A stretch of 64,000 nucleotides of DNA, taken from the IMG/VR virus record IMGVR_UViG_3300027899_000012, positions 1 to 64,000 of that record. One strand, written 5' to 3'. The notes under the pieces are model-generated. The model did not search any database, had not been told where the DNA came from, and saw only the letters and a program-made list of their open reading frames with translations. This stretch comes from a virus. A program made the translations under genes and the position numbers. Of this stretch, positions 8,245 to 18,455 are shown one piece after another (the first letter of the stretch is position 1; each line of letters begins with the position of its first letter).

Positions 8245-9594
8245 ATGGTCCAACCGCCCGATCTCGTGCCAGGTCTCGAAGAATTCTGGACGCCTGACGA
8301 AAGCCTGGAGGGGCTCGAAAAGGAAATCGCTCGCAAACCCCCCAAGTTCGGGCTCGGAAAGCCTCACCAGCACCCCTTCGGCGTCACCTACCGGGGCCCC
8401 TGGGAGACCATGCACGACGGCGTGTGCATCGCTGTTCGGCGAAACGCTTGCGCCCTTCGCAGAGCCAAGATTCCCGTGTTCCTGCAGAGCTTTTCACACA
8501 AGCACTGGAACCGCGGCATCGTCGAGTCTTCGTTCTACAAGGATTTGCCCCCGGCCGTCATTGAAGAGGTCGATCACCTGACTGAGCTTCACCACGAACG
8601 AAACGTGGCCATGATCCATCACTTCGTTCCATCGAAGGGTGAGTTTGCCGGCCAGCTTCACCCCGGTCCCATCCCCGGCGGCGAACAAGCTCGCGTGAGC
8701 ATGATCAAGCGAACGGCCGCCTACGCTGCCCTGGAATACGACAAGATCCCCGAGCAGTGGATCGAAGGCTTCAACGCGTTTGCGTGCGTCATCGTGCCCT
8801 GCGGCACCAACGCAGGCTGGCTGCGAGCAGCGGGCATCGGTGTGCCCGTGCACGTCGTGCCCCACCCCATGGCTCTGCGCGACCCGATGCGGTCGGCGAA
8901 GGCAAAGTACACGGCAGGGACGTTCAGGTTCCTGCACGTGGGCAAGTGGGAGCCTCGCAAGAACCAGCACGCGGTCATCGGGGCTTTCCTGCATGAGTTC
9001 GGCCCCAACGATGACGTGCAGATGGTCCTGAAATGCACTCCGTACTGGAGCGGCAAGGACTACCCGCAGAACGTGTCCGAGAGCGTCATGTACTGGTTGA
9101 AAAACCCGAAAGTGATCGAGAAAGGATGGACGGGCTCGAACGTTGCCAAACACCTGCAGGTTCTGTGGAAGAGGTCTCTGACTCGCGAAGAACTGGTGGA
9201 CCTGTACTCTTCTTGCCACTCGTACCTGCAGATCGGCCGGTCGGAAGGGTTCGACCTGCCGGCGTTCGACGCGCGGGTTGCGGGACTTCGGCTGGTGGCG
9301 ATGGCGTGGGGAGGCCCCGCGGACTTCATTGGCACGGACGACATTCGCATCAGGTACACCGATTTTTCGGCTCCTGCCGCTGCGTACGAGGCACCCGAAG
9401 GAACGCTGTGGCCCAAGCCCCCGATGGACGAACTGCAGGCCGCCATGGGAGCGGCTTTCATTCTGAGAAAGACGCCTTACGAAGTTTTCGATGCTTCTGC
9501 CTACACCATTGACGTGATCGGTCAGAAGTTGAGATCGATCGTCGAAACGATCGCTTTGACCGTCGGAGCGGACCTGGCGGGGTACGAGGCATGA
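8245..9594 (+). CDS. GT-B (GT4-like) glycosyltransferase
   Basis: FLHVGKWEPRKN and RSEGFDLP motifs. Confidence 0.9.
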   Translation: MVQPPDLVPGLEEFWTPDESLEGLEKEIARKPPKFGLGKPHQHPFGVTYRGPWETMHDGVCIAVRRNACALRRAKIPVFLQSFSHKHWNRGIVESSFYKDLPPAVIEEVDHLTELHHERNVAMIHHFVPSKGEFAGQLHPGPIPGGEQARVSMIKRTAAYAALEYDKIPEQWIEGFNAFACVIVPCGTNAGWLRAAGIGVPVHVVPHPMALRDPMRSAKAKYTAGTFRFLHVGKWEPRKNQHAVIGAFLHEFGPNDDVQMVLKCTPYWSGKDYPQNVSESVMYWLKNPKVIEKGWTGSNVAKHLQVLWKRSLTREELVDLYSSCHSYLQIGRSEGFDLPAFDARVAGLRLVAMAWGGPADFIGTDDIRIRYTDFSAPAAAYEAPEGTLWPKPPMDELQAAMGAAFILRKTPYEVFDASAYTIDVIGQKLRSIVETIALTVGADLAGYEA

Positions 9595-10691
9595 GCCGTT
9601 TCGTTCGCCTGTACGGCTGTTTCACCGGTCACAGCAGCATGGCTACCGTCACCGCCGGCTGGCTGTATTCTCTGCAGAGCGCCGGCCTTCTGGCCGGCAT
9701 ACTGTGGCCCGAAGAAGACATCCCTGAGAGCATGAGGGTGCTCAACACCGGTGAGGACGCACCGGTAGCGATCGTGGCGGACATGCGACAGTTGGGGATC
9801 GAGGGATTTTTCAATCACGCCAAGACCTACGTCGTTCTTGCCACGCACACATGCTGGCTTCCGGAAGACATGCTCGCTTTGATTCGATCGACGAAGGCCG
9901 AAGTGCTTGCGCCTTCTTCTTGGGTCGTGGGGCAGATGCAGGAAATTGCTCCCGACGTGCCTGTGCACCTGGTGCCCCACGGCGTCGGTCCTGGTTTTCG
10001 ACCTCTTGTGGCCGAGGAGAGAGAGCAGCTTGTAGCGTCGCCTCTGTGGCCAGCGTTCCGTGGTCCAGGCACGGCTTTCTTGCACATGGTCGAAAGTCAT
10101 ACCGACCGAAAAAGCACTTACCCCCTGCTTGAAGCCTTCGAGAATTGCCTTCGAGAGGGCATGGACGCGTCTTTGACCATTGTGTCCACCGGCCTCGAAC
10201 GAATGCGCATGGCGATGCGAGTGGCCGACAGCCCCATTCTCAAGGAGCGCGTCAGGGTCATGCCCCGGCTCGACGCGGTTGCAAGCAAGCTTCGGTGGGT
10301 GTACTCGTGCTTCGATTTCGTCGTGCAGCCTTCTCGGGCCGAAGGCTTCGGGTTGTGCCCCCTCGAAGCGCTGTGCTGCGGCACACCGGTTGTGGTGACC
10401 GTGGACTGCGGTCATAGAGAATGGGCTGACGTTCATCCAGTGTTCCAGGACACAGGCCTTCCGGGCGAGGTGGACGTTGAAACGGGGCCGGAAGGCCCGA
10501 CGGAGTTCGATCCCGCGCCGGCACCGACGGTCACGTCCGAGATGATTGCCGACGGCCTTCGGCACGCCTACGAACACAGGGCCAGGCTCAAGCAGGAGGC
10601 CGAGCAGGTCGCCGTCGATCTTGCTCGCGAGTGGGACTGGCTCAAGGTTACTCGACCGTTTCTGTCGCATATTGAAAGGGAATTTTCATGA
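9591..10691 (+). CDS. GT-B (GT4-like) glycosyltransferase
   Basis: APS, VPHGV, RK and PSRAEGFGLCPLEALCCGTPVV motifs. Confidence 0.92.
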   Translation: MSRFVRLYGCFTGHSSMATVTAGWLYSLQSAGLLAGILWPEEDIPESMRVLNTGEDAPVAIVADMRQLGIEGFFNHAKTYVVLATHTCWLPEDMLALIRSTKAEVLAPSSWVVGQMQEIAPDVPVHLVPHGVGPGFRPLVAEEREQLVASPLWPAFRGPGTAFLHMVESHTDRKSTYPLLEAFENCLREGMDASLTIVSTGLERMRMAMRVADSPILKERVRVMPRLDAVASKLRWVYSCFDFVVQPSRAEGFGLCPLEALCCGTPVVVTVDCGHREWADVHPVFQDTGLPGEVDVETGPEGPTEFDPAPAPTVTSEMIADGLRHAYEHRARLKQEAEQVAVDLAREWDWLKVTRPFLSHIEREFS

Positions 10692-10996
10692 TCAATCTCG
10701 CCGCTGCTGTTGACAATGACGTGTTCCTGCAATTCAAGCACGGAATCTACCTGATTGCGTCCCAGGGCGGGCGGCTTCTGCCGATCGTGACGGGAGAGCA
10801 GAACAACCCGGGCCCTCCGATGATCGTCGATCACCTCGAAGGTCGCCTTCGCGAGGACAAGGGATCGTTCGTTCTGTCGTACCTCAGCCCGATCGACCGG
10901 CAGTCGCAGATCGACTACGTGATCGATCCCGAGAACGTTGCCGGATGCTGGATGACTCGAAAAATCCAGGTAGTGTCGGCCATCACGGCTCCGTGA
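10688..10996 (+). CDS. Hypothetical protein
   Basis: ATGA coupling, SD GAAAGGG. Confidence 0.7.
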   Translation: MINLAAAVDNDVFLQFKHGIYLIASQGGRLLPIVTGEQNNPGPPMIVDHLEGRLREDKGSFVLSYLSPIDRQSQIDYVIDPENVAGCWMTRKIQVVSAITAP

Positions 10997-11492
10997 TGGG
11001 GTCGTCGTCGTCCTCGCCCTCGAATTCCAGAAGCACACACTCGATCGTTCCCCCTTCCAGCTGTCTGACCCCGTAGGTGGCCTTTCGCCACCCGGTGCGC
11101 AGGCAGGCCCCCACGTCGCTGGAGTCGGCTCGGTAGGTCCCAGACCTCCGAGCCCCCGCGCAGGCCCTCAGAGCCCTGCCAGGCTCGCTCATGGCCCCGG
11201 GGGTGCGCGTGTACACGAAGGAGTGGTCTCCGATGACCAGGAAGGGCGCGTGGGCCAACAGAACCTGATCCGCAGCGCTGGTGGCAGAGGGGGCTTTGGC
11301 AATCACGAGCCTCTTGAGGGCCGCTGTTCCGGGATGACCCACAACCGGCGCGAAAGTCGGGGTCAGGACGATTCTGCCGGCGGGGATGGGAAAGATTACG
11401 CACGAGGCCTTCATCGGACCGTGAGGCAGAGAGCGCTTGGGGACGATCACCAAACGACCGGACTCGACCGACACAATGCTTGGCTCGCTCAT
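10983..11492 (-). CDS. Hypothetical protein
   Basis: 169 aa ORF; TGC-TACCCT-7nt-ATG leaderless signal. Confidence 0.6.
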   Translation of the reverse strand: MSEPSIVSVESGRLVIVPKRSLPHGPMKASCVIFPIPAGRIVLTPTFAPVVGHPGTAALKRLVIAKAPSATSAADQVLLAHAPFLVIGDHSFVYTRTPGAMSEPGRALRACAGARRSGTYRADSSDVGACLRTGWRKATYGVRQLEGGTIECVLLEFEGEDDDDPITEP

Positions 11493-11545
11493 GGAGGAGA
11501 GGGTAGCACGAAATTTGATGCTTTCTCACTCCCCTCGCTTGGCTC

Positions 11546-12331
11546 TCACGGCATGCCCGCGTGGTACATGGTGAGCATGTCGGCGGCACTGAACACCGTG
11601 TCGTCGAAACCAGCTTCATGGTACTTGCCCGCTGAGTGCCGGTAGGAAGCCGTGTTCCAGCATCCGAGCGACCATCCTCCGGTCCCGGCGCACACGATGG
11701 GTTCGGCTTGATCGTAGTGAGCAACTTCGATGCCGTCGAGATACAGGCGGCTGGTCGCCCCGTCGTGCGTCAGACCGAACAGGTGAGGCACTCCCCAGGT
11801 CACGATGGCTGCGGACTTGAACGATGTCTGCAGCGAAGTGTAGGTGACGTATGCGACGGCTTTCTGATCGGTTCCGACCCCCAGGATGAAATTGCCACCG
11901 CTGTCGAAGTATCCGTGACGCCCCCAGATTTGTGGCAGCTTCCCGGCTCCTACGTCCACGGGCGTGTGCCATGCCCAGATCGAAACGTGGTCACCGAAGA
12001 ACGGCGCGTCGGCTGCGTCCTGGCGGTTCCATTCGATGCACTTGGCTGTCGCGGCTGACATTTCCAGGCATACCCCACCGAAGAGGCCACCCGCTGCGCC
12101 GTAGGTCGGAGCGCCGTCGCCTGCGACGTAGTCGAGGTTCAGGCCCACGCCGCGCAGCCCGTCGTTCACGAGCGGATCGGCCAAGTCTTCCAACTTGTAC
12201 CACTGCTGCGCGAACGACATGTCCATGCGATGAGCTACGAACGGACCAGTCCCGCTCCATCCGTGCGGGGGCCTCAAGTGCGAGGGCACGATCAGTTGAC
12301 TGCTTGGGCGGTGGATGCTTCGTGGGCTCAT
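11546..12331 (-). CDS. LamG/concanavalin-like domain protein
   Basis: HLFGLTHDGATSRLYLDG...WSLG...FSAADMLTMY. Confidence 0.85.
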   Translation of the reverse strand: MSPRSIHRPSSQLIVPSHLRPPHGWSGTGPFVAHRMDMSFAQQWYKLEDLADPLVNDGLRGVGLNLDYVAGDGAPTYGAAGGLFGGVCLEMSAATAKCIEWNRQDAADAPFFGDHVSIWAWHTPVDVGAGKLPQIWGRHGYFDSGGNFILGVGTDQKAVAYVTYTSLQTSFKSAAIVTWGVPHLFGLTHDGATSRLYLDGIEVAHYDQAEPIVCAGTGGWSLGCWNTASYRHSAGKYHEAGFDDTVFSAADMLTMYHAGMP

Positions 12332-14694
12332 AGCAATGCCTGTACGGCTGGCTCAAACAAGGAAGCAACCACCAAGAACCCCGCGTCGGTGAAATGCACC
12401 TTGTCCGCTGTCCGGTAGGTCAAGTCCGAAGCGTTGGCCATTCTCGCGTCGGCTTGGATGTCTACCCACCCATCGGAGTAGGTGGCATGGTTGGCCTGGA
12501 TGGCAGCGCGATATGCTGCGTACTCTGCCTGGATCGCGGGAGTGATCCCGGCGTAGTCGATTGCGGGCAACGTCCCAACGACGACCTTCCACCCGATTGC
12601 ACGCCTTGCCGCGCAGTAGGCGGCAAGCTCCGCGTGAGTGTCCGCTCCAGACTCTCCAAGCGCAATGTCGTTGGTGCCGTGCCACATCACGAGGACACAA
12701 GTACGGGTTGCGTCGTATGCCGCATCCACTTCATAGGCCAACGCAATGGCGTCTCCAATGAACGACGATCCGACCGCTTGATTGAGCCTCGCGTGCGGCG
12801 TAGTGGCGAGCATGCGAGCAGGGTACGTGTATTCTGGCCGCGTAGCCGCGTTGCCCTGTGTCAACGAATCCCCGACGTGGCAGACGATGGGAGCCGTGTG
12901 CGGAGTGAACGTGCGCTGAGTCAATCCGAATTTTGCCACGGCCCACGCGGTGATCTGCTGGATCTGCGCGTCCGTGAGCGCACTGGGAATCCACTGCGCG
13001 AATTTGACCGAAGCATCGTTGACCGCGCCGCTGATGCCCTGGAGCCCGATTGCGCCTGAACCCAGGGTGATGGCTCCCGCCGCGTTGGCGATCTCTTCTC
13101 CATCCACCAGTGTCCGCACGCGGCTGGCCTCGTAGGTACGGACGTGGACGTGGTACTCGTTCATCCAAGCGATGGCAGTTTCTGCCGCGTGAGGGAACAG
13201 TCCCACGTCGGAGCCGTACTGGTAGTCGCGTTGTCCGCTGGTGCCGATGAACTCGATCCCGGCCGCTACGCCCTGAGTGAGCGTCGTGTGAATCACGGTC
13301 TGATTCGCGGCAGTTTCTGGGTACGCTACGACGAGCACCTGTGAGTGCGAGGCGTTGCCAGTCACCCCTCCTGATGCTGCTACCAGTGCGGTGTTCGACG
13401 CTGCGGCCATTGTGAACACGCCGTTTTTCACCGCAGGGCGTTGAGGTGCCGATGCTGCTGTGAGCAAGACTGCTGGGTCGCGAAGGTTCTGCGCCGATTG
13501 CGCTGCGAGCCCGCCGATCACGGCGACCGTATGCTGCGCGTAGGGAGCAACAATGATCCCTCCAAGTTTGGCAGGAATATCGAAGCACCTGTCGATTAGC
13601 CACGCGGTTTCGTTGGCGACTTCCGCGTCGGTGATCGCGCGACGGGACACGACGATCCCTCCCGCACTCATGGCGGTGTATGCCGCGATGACGCCGAGCC
13701 GTCGCCAGCCGCCGACAGTGAACTGCCCAGGCGTTGCGACGCCGACGTTGAGCGCCGCTCCGTTGATGACCTTGATCCCGTCGATCCAAACGTCCACGGT
13801 TGTGCCGTTGAATCGGACGGTCATGATCTGCGCGACGGTCGATTGCGTGCCGCCGCTCGCTGTAGCTGACGCGCCCGTGTCGTCGTAGCGATAGACTTTG
13901 TACGCACCCGCATTGTACGTCGGAATCATCGCGCCTTGATTGACCGCGTCTCCGATTGACCAGAGGCATTGCAGCAATGCGGGAGCGTTGATCGTACCTG
14001 CAATGCTGATCGTAAATGGCGTGTCGTCGCCAGCGAACCAAGCGCCGATTGCGTCGGCAGTCATGGTGTGAGTTGAGCCGTTGAATAGCAGACCAGGATT
14101 GCCAGCGAAACCGAACTCAGAGTATCGAGGCGCGAGCGCGTGCGCTTGCACGAGCGGCGTTGTGCCGACGACAGGCGTCCAGACCGTTGCGTTGCGGTTT
14201 GTCGGAGTAGTGAGCGCCCATTCGGTCGATCCGCCCACGGCTGTGTAGAGGATCGGCAGGGCCGTGCCGTTGCACGCGAACTCGATGTCGAAATCCTGCC
14301 ACACCACCGATGACGTGCCCTGCCACTGCACGCCGAGAGCCGCATCCATCACAATCGGGATGCCTGTCGCGTCGCCTCTGACCTTGCCGACGTAGCGGAT
14401 CGTCGTGCCAGATACGGACGTTCCAGCCTGATACGCAAAGCTACTTGCTCCTGCGATCTTGAGTGCGTTGCCCCCACCGGGAGCGGTCGCCACCTTCGAC
14501 AACGCAGCGCCGCCTCCTGCTGTCCACGCGCCCACACCCGCTGCTGCGCATGACCAGTCTGTGCCGCCGAATGCTGGGACAGCGATCCCGTACGACGCCA
14601 GCCAGATCGCGTCAGCGTTTGGGGTCAGTATTGCCTGCAAGACGCCAGGGACTTCGTTGCGCGTTGGGTCGAGACAACCTTGAAATGCTCGCAT
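12328..14694 (-). CDS. Multi-domain LamG-like protein with C-terminal SGNH hydrolase
   Basis: Two beta-sandwich domains; GDSLT, GTND and DKVH SGNH blocks. Confidence 0.85.
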   Translation of the reverse strand: MRAFQGCLDPTRNEVPGVLQAILTPNADAIWLASYGIAVPAFGGTDWSCAAAGVGAWTAGGGAALSKVATAPGGGNALKIAGASSFAYQAGTSVSGTTIRYVGKVRGDATGIPIVMDAALGVQWQGTSSVVWQDFDIEFACNGTALPILYTAVGGSTEWALTTPTNRNATVWTPVVGTTPLVQAHALAPRYSEFGFAGNPGLLFNGSTHTMTADAIGAWFAGDDTPFTISIAGTINAPALLQCLWSIGDAVNQGAMIPTYNAGAYKVYRYDDTGASATASGGTQSTVAQIMTVRFNGTTVDVWIDGIKVINGAALNVGVATPGQFTVGGWRRLGVIAAYTAMSAGGIVVSRRAITDAEVANETAWLIDRCFDIPAKLGGIIVAPYAQHTVAVIGGLAAQSAQNLRDPAVLLTAASAPQRPAVKNGVFTMAAASNTALVAASGGVTGNASHSQVLVVAYPETAANQTVIHTTLTQGVAAGIEFIGTSGQRDYQYGSDVGLFPHAAETAIAWMNEYHVHVRTYEASRVRTLVDGEEIANAAGAITLGSGAIGLQGISGAVNDASVKFAQWIPSALTDAQIQQITAWAVAKFGLTQRTFTPHTAPIVCHVGDSLTQGNAATRPEYTYPARMLATTPHARLNQAVGSSFIGDAIALAYEVDAAYDATRTCVLVMWHGTNDIALGESGADTHAELAAYCAARRAIGWKVVVGTLPAIDYAGITPAIQAEYAAYRAAIQANHATYSDGWVDIQADARMANASDLTYRTADKVHFTDAGFLVVASLFEPAVQALL

Positions 14695-14698
14695 GGTC

Positions 14699-16681
14699 TT
14701 ACACCGTGGCGTCGAATGGATCGAACATGGGGAAGCTGTCGGAGCGCAGAACCGATCCCAGGCTGATGTACTGACTGGTGACGTGACTGGCTTCCGTTGC
14801 TTGAATCACCTGTGTCCAGGTCGTCCCCCAGGCTCCTCCGCACATCCAGATCGTCATACGACAATCGGAAGGACGCCGGTTGATGATCACCTCGTATTGC
14901 GTGTCCGCGACGATGCTGCCAACAGGACCGCTTCCAAGTGACGTGGCAACAGCCCCCGTCAGGCGAAACAGCCAAGGCTGACCGGCACTCAGGTAGATCA
15001 TGTAGCCGTTCTGTCCGGTGGCAGCGTAGGTTCCAGGCTGCGATGCGATGAACAGCACGTACTGCTCGTTCACGCTCACGGTACCTGGGCGCATGAAGAA
15101 ATGCCAAGTGCCGAACGCTTGCGAGCTTGGCCTCGACGCGGCCCCGTGGCCCGCTCCGATGTGCTTCATGCTGCGCCGACCCGTCGCGCTCTCCACGCAG
15201 GCCCAGGTGTCGCCGTACAGGGTCCATGGACCGATCTGCCCACCCGCCGCAACGCTCGCGGTCAGCGTCACGGGCACGTCCTCCAGGGTCTCGCGCAGGA
15301 TCAATCGCTGCGCCCACTGCAGATACTCTGTACGAACCTGAGCCGCTGTGAGAGCACGATTGAACATGCGTTCCTGTTTCGCCGCGATCTGAACCGCGAC
15401 GCCAGGGTTGCCATAGATCAGGCTTCCACCAGCGAGGTTCGGGGTAGTTGCAGGGACGGGTAGTCCAGCACCAGCAAACGTGAGCGCAACCTCTTCCCCG
15501 TCAACATACAGCTTCAAACGTCCCGCGTTTCCGACGCCTGCTCCATCGAACACGATAGCGACGTGCTGCTGCGTTCCCGTGCGCCACTGAGTTGAAGTAG
15601 TCGTAGCGGTGAACGTCACGCCACCCACAACCCATGTGATCGTGAGTGGTTGAACGGCGGCAGATGCAGCAACGTTGGACAGAACGATGAGATCCGCCGG
15701 ACCCTTCCCGAAGATGTAGGACAGCGCCGGAATGTTCCCCGGTCCCGTGTCAATCACCGTCTCGTAGGTGAACGCCGCCACGCTGTTGAACGCCGTTACG
15801 TCTCCCTGGTTCAAAGAGCATGCAGACGAAAACAGCATCCCCTCGTCGTTCTGCCCCGGCACCGGAATGCCAACGATGGTCCCCGGATAGCTGCCGACGA
15901 GGTCACGCACGGTCGTTGCGTTGATCCGCTTGAAGTCTGTGTCGAGCACGATGCCAGCCGCAGCGTACTCGCTGGCGCGCTTCGCGGGATACTGGTAGAC
16001 GAAGTTCTTGCGGGCGAGGTTCTTGACCCAGCCTTCCTGCAGAAACTCGTCCCAGAGTTGGGCGTGTTGGGCTCCGGTCAGCACGAGGTCGCAGACGCCT
16101 GCCAGCAGAACCGTTCCGCCGAATCCCTGCCCACCACCACCGGCACCGATACGAAAGTCGCTGAGTTGATTGACGACGGTCAACGTGGTGATCCCGCACG
16201 GGACTCCGTCCACGTAGAGAGTCGTGCCGTTGACAACGCCTGACTGGTACGACATGGCGAACAGATGCAGCAGCCCGGTTGGACCCTCGACGAACGTGGA
16301 AGCTCGCCACAAGCCAGAGTTCCAGTCGTACACACCGAATGCTCTCGGCTCTGCTGCCGGGTTGAATCCGAAGGTGTAGGCGTTCTGCTTGTTCAGGATG
16401 GCTTGGTACGCGGCTGTGGCCGACTCTGTCCTGCACCCCACAGCGAAGATCGTCCCGGTGTTCAGTTGAAGGGCAACCGGATTCCCAGGCGACACGTAAT
16501 TCGCTCCCGCGTTGGGTGTCCACAGCCCGTCCCCTCGATCCGTGTCCTTCCACAGCGGAGCCCCCGTGATCGCTAGAGCACCGAGAGCGCTGCTGCCCTG
16601 GTCGATGAGCGTGCCTCGCTTGAGGGTCGCGTACAGGGGGAGGTGCGATGTGGCTTTGAGGTAATCGATCAGCTTGCCCAT
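14699..16681 (-). CDS. Tandem LamG-like domain protein
   Basis: HLFAMSY..TLYVDG and HVAIVFDG...KLYVDG...RMFNRALTAAQV. Confidence 0.85.
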   Translation of the reverse strand: MGKLIDYLKATSHLPLYATLKRGTLIDQGSSALGALAITGAPLWKDTDRGDGLWTPNAGANYVSPGNPVALQLNTGTIFAVGCRTESATAAYQAILNKQNAYTFGFNPAAEPRAFGVYDWNSGLWRASTFVEGPTGLLHLFAMSYQSGVVNGTTLYVDGVPCGITTLTVVNQLSDFRIGAGGGGQGFGGTVLLAGVCDLVLTGAQHAQLWDEFLQEGWVKNLARKNFVYQYPAKRASEYAAAGIVLDTDFKRINATTVRDLVGSYPGTIVGIPVPGQNDEGMLFSSACSLNQGDVTAFNSVAAFTYETVIDTGPGNIPALSYIFGKGPADLIVLSNVAASAAVQPLTITWVVGGVTFTATTTSTQWRTGTQQHVAIVFDGAGVGNAGRLKLYVDGEEVALTFAGAGLPVPATTPNLAGGSLIYGNPGVAVQIAAKQERMFNRALTAAQVRTEYLQWAQRLILRETLEDVPVTLTASVAAGGQIGPWTLYGDTWACVESATGRRSMKHIGAGHGAASRPSSQAFGTWHFFMRPGTVSVNEQYVLFIASQPGTYAATGQNGYMIYLSAGQPWLFRLTGAVATSLGSGPVGSIVADTQYEVIINRRPSDCRMTIWMCGGAWGTTWTQVIQATEASHVTSQYISLGSVLRSDSFPMFDPFDATV

Positions 16682-16695
16682 GGTTCGATGCTACC

Positions 16696-17790
16696 TCACG
16701 TCGAGAGTTCCGACAGCAATCGGTTGTGAAACACCGATACCTGCTGCGGCGTCATCGGCAGTGGCCACACCGATGCGTGCAGCATCTTGGCTGTCGTGCG
16801 CCCCAGAAACACGCCGTCGCCGCCGACGTAGGTCGTGGTGCCCCCACCATCGAGCGCCCCGGTTGCAGCCGCGCTTCGCACCAGCAACCCATCCACGTAG
16901 AGCGACGCGATGCCCGTTGCGCCGACGTAGGTGCCCATAACCGTGTGCAGACCACCATCCGCCAGATCGATCCCCGCTGCGGAGATATACCTACCGAATC
17001 CAGTTCCCCCAACGTAGAACGTCGGGATGCGCCGACCCCCACCGTCAAGCTCTGCAGATAGCGACCATCCGGCGGTGCCCGTGCAGACCTTGCCCATCAG
17101 GCCGGGGTAGTTCACGGTCTTCTGCAACCCGACGAACTGCACGACTGCCGTGATGTCCGTGAGCGCCGGAAGGTCAGTGAGGCAGCGAAGGTTCACACCA
17201 GCCGCACCGTTGAGCGCAACGCCTCGACGCAGGCTGATGGAAGGGGTGAGCATCGTGGGAAACGTGGCCGGGGTGAGCCCGTCGCCGCACTGCACGTTGG
17301 TCGAAACGCTTCCGATGTTTCTGGTGAGGCACAGGGACGGGATGGCTTGCAGATCATCCGCATCCCAGGACTGTCCAGCCCCAAGCACGCCCTGATACAG
17401 ACCTATCTCCGCGTCGGTCGCGACGAACAGCCCGGTGTCGCCCTGTTGCCATGCGTTGTTGACCAGACCTGTCCACCGGACTGCGCCGCCACCGTAGATT
17501 CTCGGCGCGAACGTGCCGTCCGTTTTCTGCCACACCACGATCCTGTACGTTCCGCCGATGGTCAGACCGTTCTGGTATGCGTCGGTCGCTCCCCCAGTGG
17601 ATACTGCGTGCAGAACCTGCGTGCCGCTGCCACCTGGGCGACTGCCAGCGATCTTGGACAACGTCACGGCGGCTGCTGTGTAGGCAGCAGCGGTGGGAGC
17701 TTCCATGTTGCCGTCCACGACGGGATCTCTGGTCGCATCTTCCTCCAGGTAAATCGACCGCAAGGGCAAGTAGATCAGCGGGCGGCTCAT
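16696..17790 (-). CDS. Carbohydrate-binding-like plus LamG domain protein
   Basis: DGNME...DDL N-terminal domain; HTVMGTY..SLYVDG. Confidence 0.8.
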   Translation of the reverse strand: MSRPLIYLPLRSIYLEEDATRDPVVDGNMEAPTAAAYTAAAVTLSKIAGSRPGGSGTQVLHAVSTGGATDAYQNGLTIGGTYRIVVWQKTDGTFAPRIYGGGAVRWTGLVNNAWQQGDTGLFVATDAEIGLYQGVLGAGQSWDADDLQAIPSLCLTRNIGSVSTNVQCGDGLTPATFPTMLTPSISLRRGVALNGAAGVNLRCLTDLPALTDITAVVQFVGLQKTVNYPGLMGKVCTGTAGWSLSAELDGGGRRIPTFYVGGTGFGRYISAAGIDLADGGLHTVMGTYVGATGIASLYVDGLLVRSAAATGALDGGGTTTYVGGDGVFLGRTTAKMLHASVWPLPMTPQQVSVFHNRLLSELST

Positions 17791-18455
17791 TGGGGCGTGA
17801 TCTCCTGGGCCATGTCCTGCTGGTAATCGTCCAAGGCTTCCTCTGCGCTGAATGCGAAGTTGAACACCCTGAGAGTCTTGATCCGAAGTCCGGCTCGGGC
17901 CGCTCGCACAAAGTTCTCAGACAGAAAATTGAGCGGTGCGTTGACGGCTTCCAACTTCGCCGGAAGCGTTCCCGTCGAGTGTGACACTCCCACGGGCTGA
18001 CCGTTCAGGTACAGACCAAGCGTCGGGCCTGCGCCGTTGAATACCCACGCGATGCGGTAGGCGGTGTTCGCCAGGATGACTGCCGTCGTTCGGTCCGTGC
18101 TTGTGTTTCCAGCGGCCACGTTCGTGATGAACGAAAACAGGTAGGAAGACTCGATGTCGAACTCCCAAGCGCGAGATCCCGCTGCTCCGAACCGGCCGAA
18201 CAAGATGCTTGCGTTCACGATGTTGGCAGGCGTCACCAGATCGATCACCCAGGTGGCTTGCGTTGCCCCGTTCAGCACTCCGTGACCAGAAGCGAAGCTC
18301 ACGTCGTCGGTGTTGTCCGCGCTCACCAACAACCCCCTGTCGATGACCGGCGTGCCCCTGACTATTCCGCCCAGATCCGTGACTGCCAGCGTGTTGTAGA
18401 AGTCACAACGCCAGATCATCCCGTCGCCCGCAACGTGTCCTTCCTGAAGGCTCAT
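17787..18455 (-). CDS. LamG-like domain protein
   Basis: YRIAWVFNG..GLYLNG...LRVFNFAFSAEE. Confidence 0.8.
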   Translation of the reverse strand: MSLQEGHVAGDGMIWRCDFYNTLAVTDLGGIVRGTPVIDRGLLVSADNTDDVSFASGHGVLNGATQATWVIDLVTPANIVNASILFGRFGAAGSRAWEFDIESSYLFSFITNVAAGNTSTDRTTAVILANTAYRIAWVFNGAGPTLGLYLNGQPVGVSHSTGTLPAKLEAVNAPLNFLSENFVRAARAGLRIKTLRVFNFAFSAEEALDDYQQDMAQEITPQ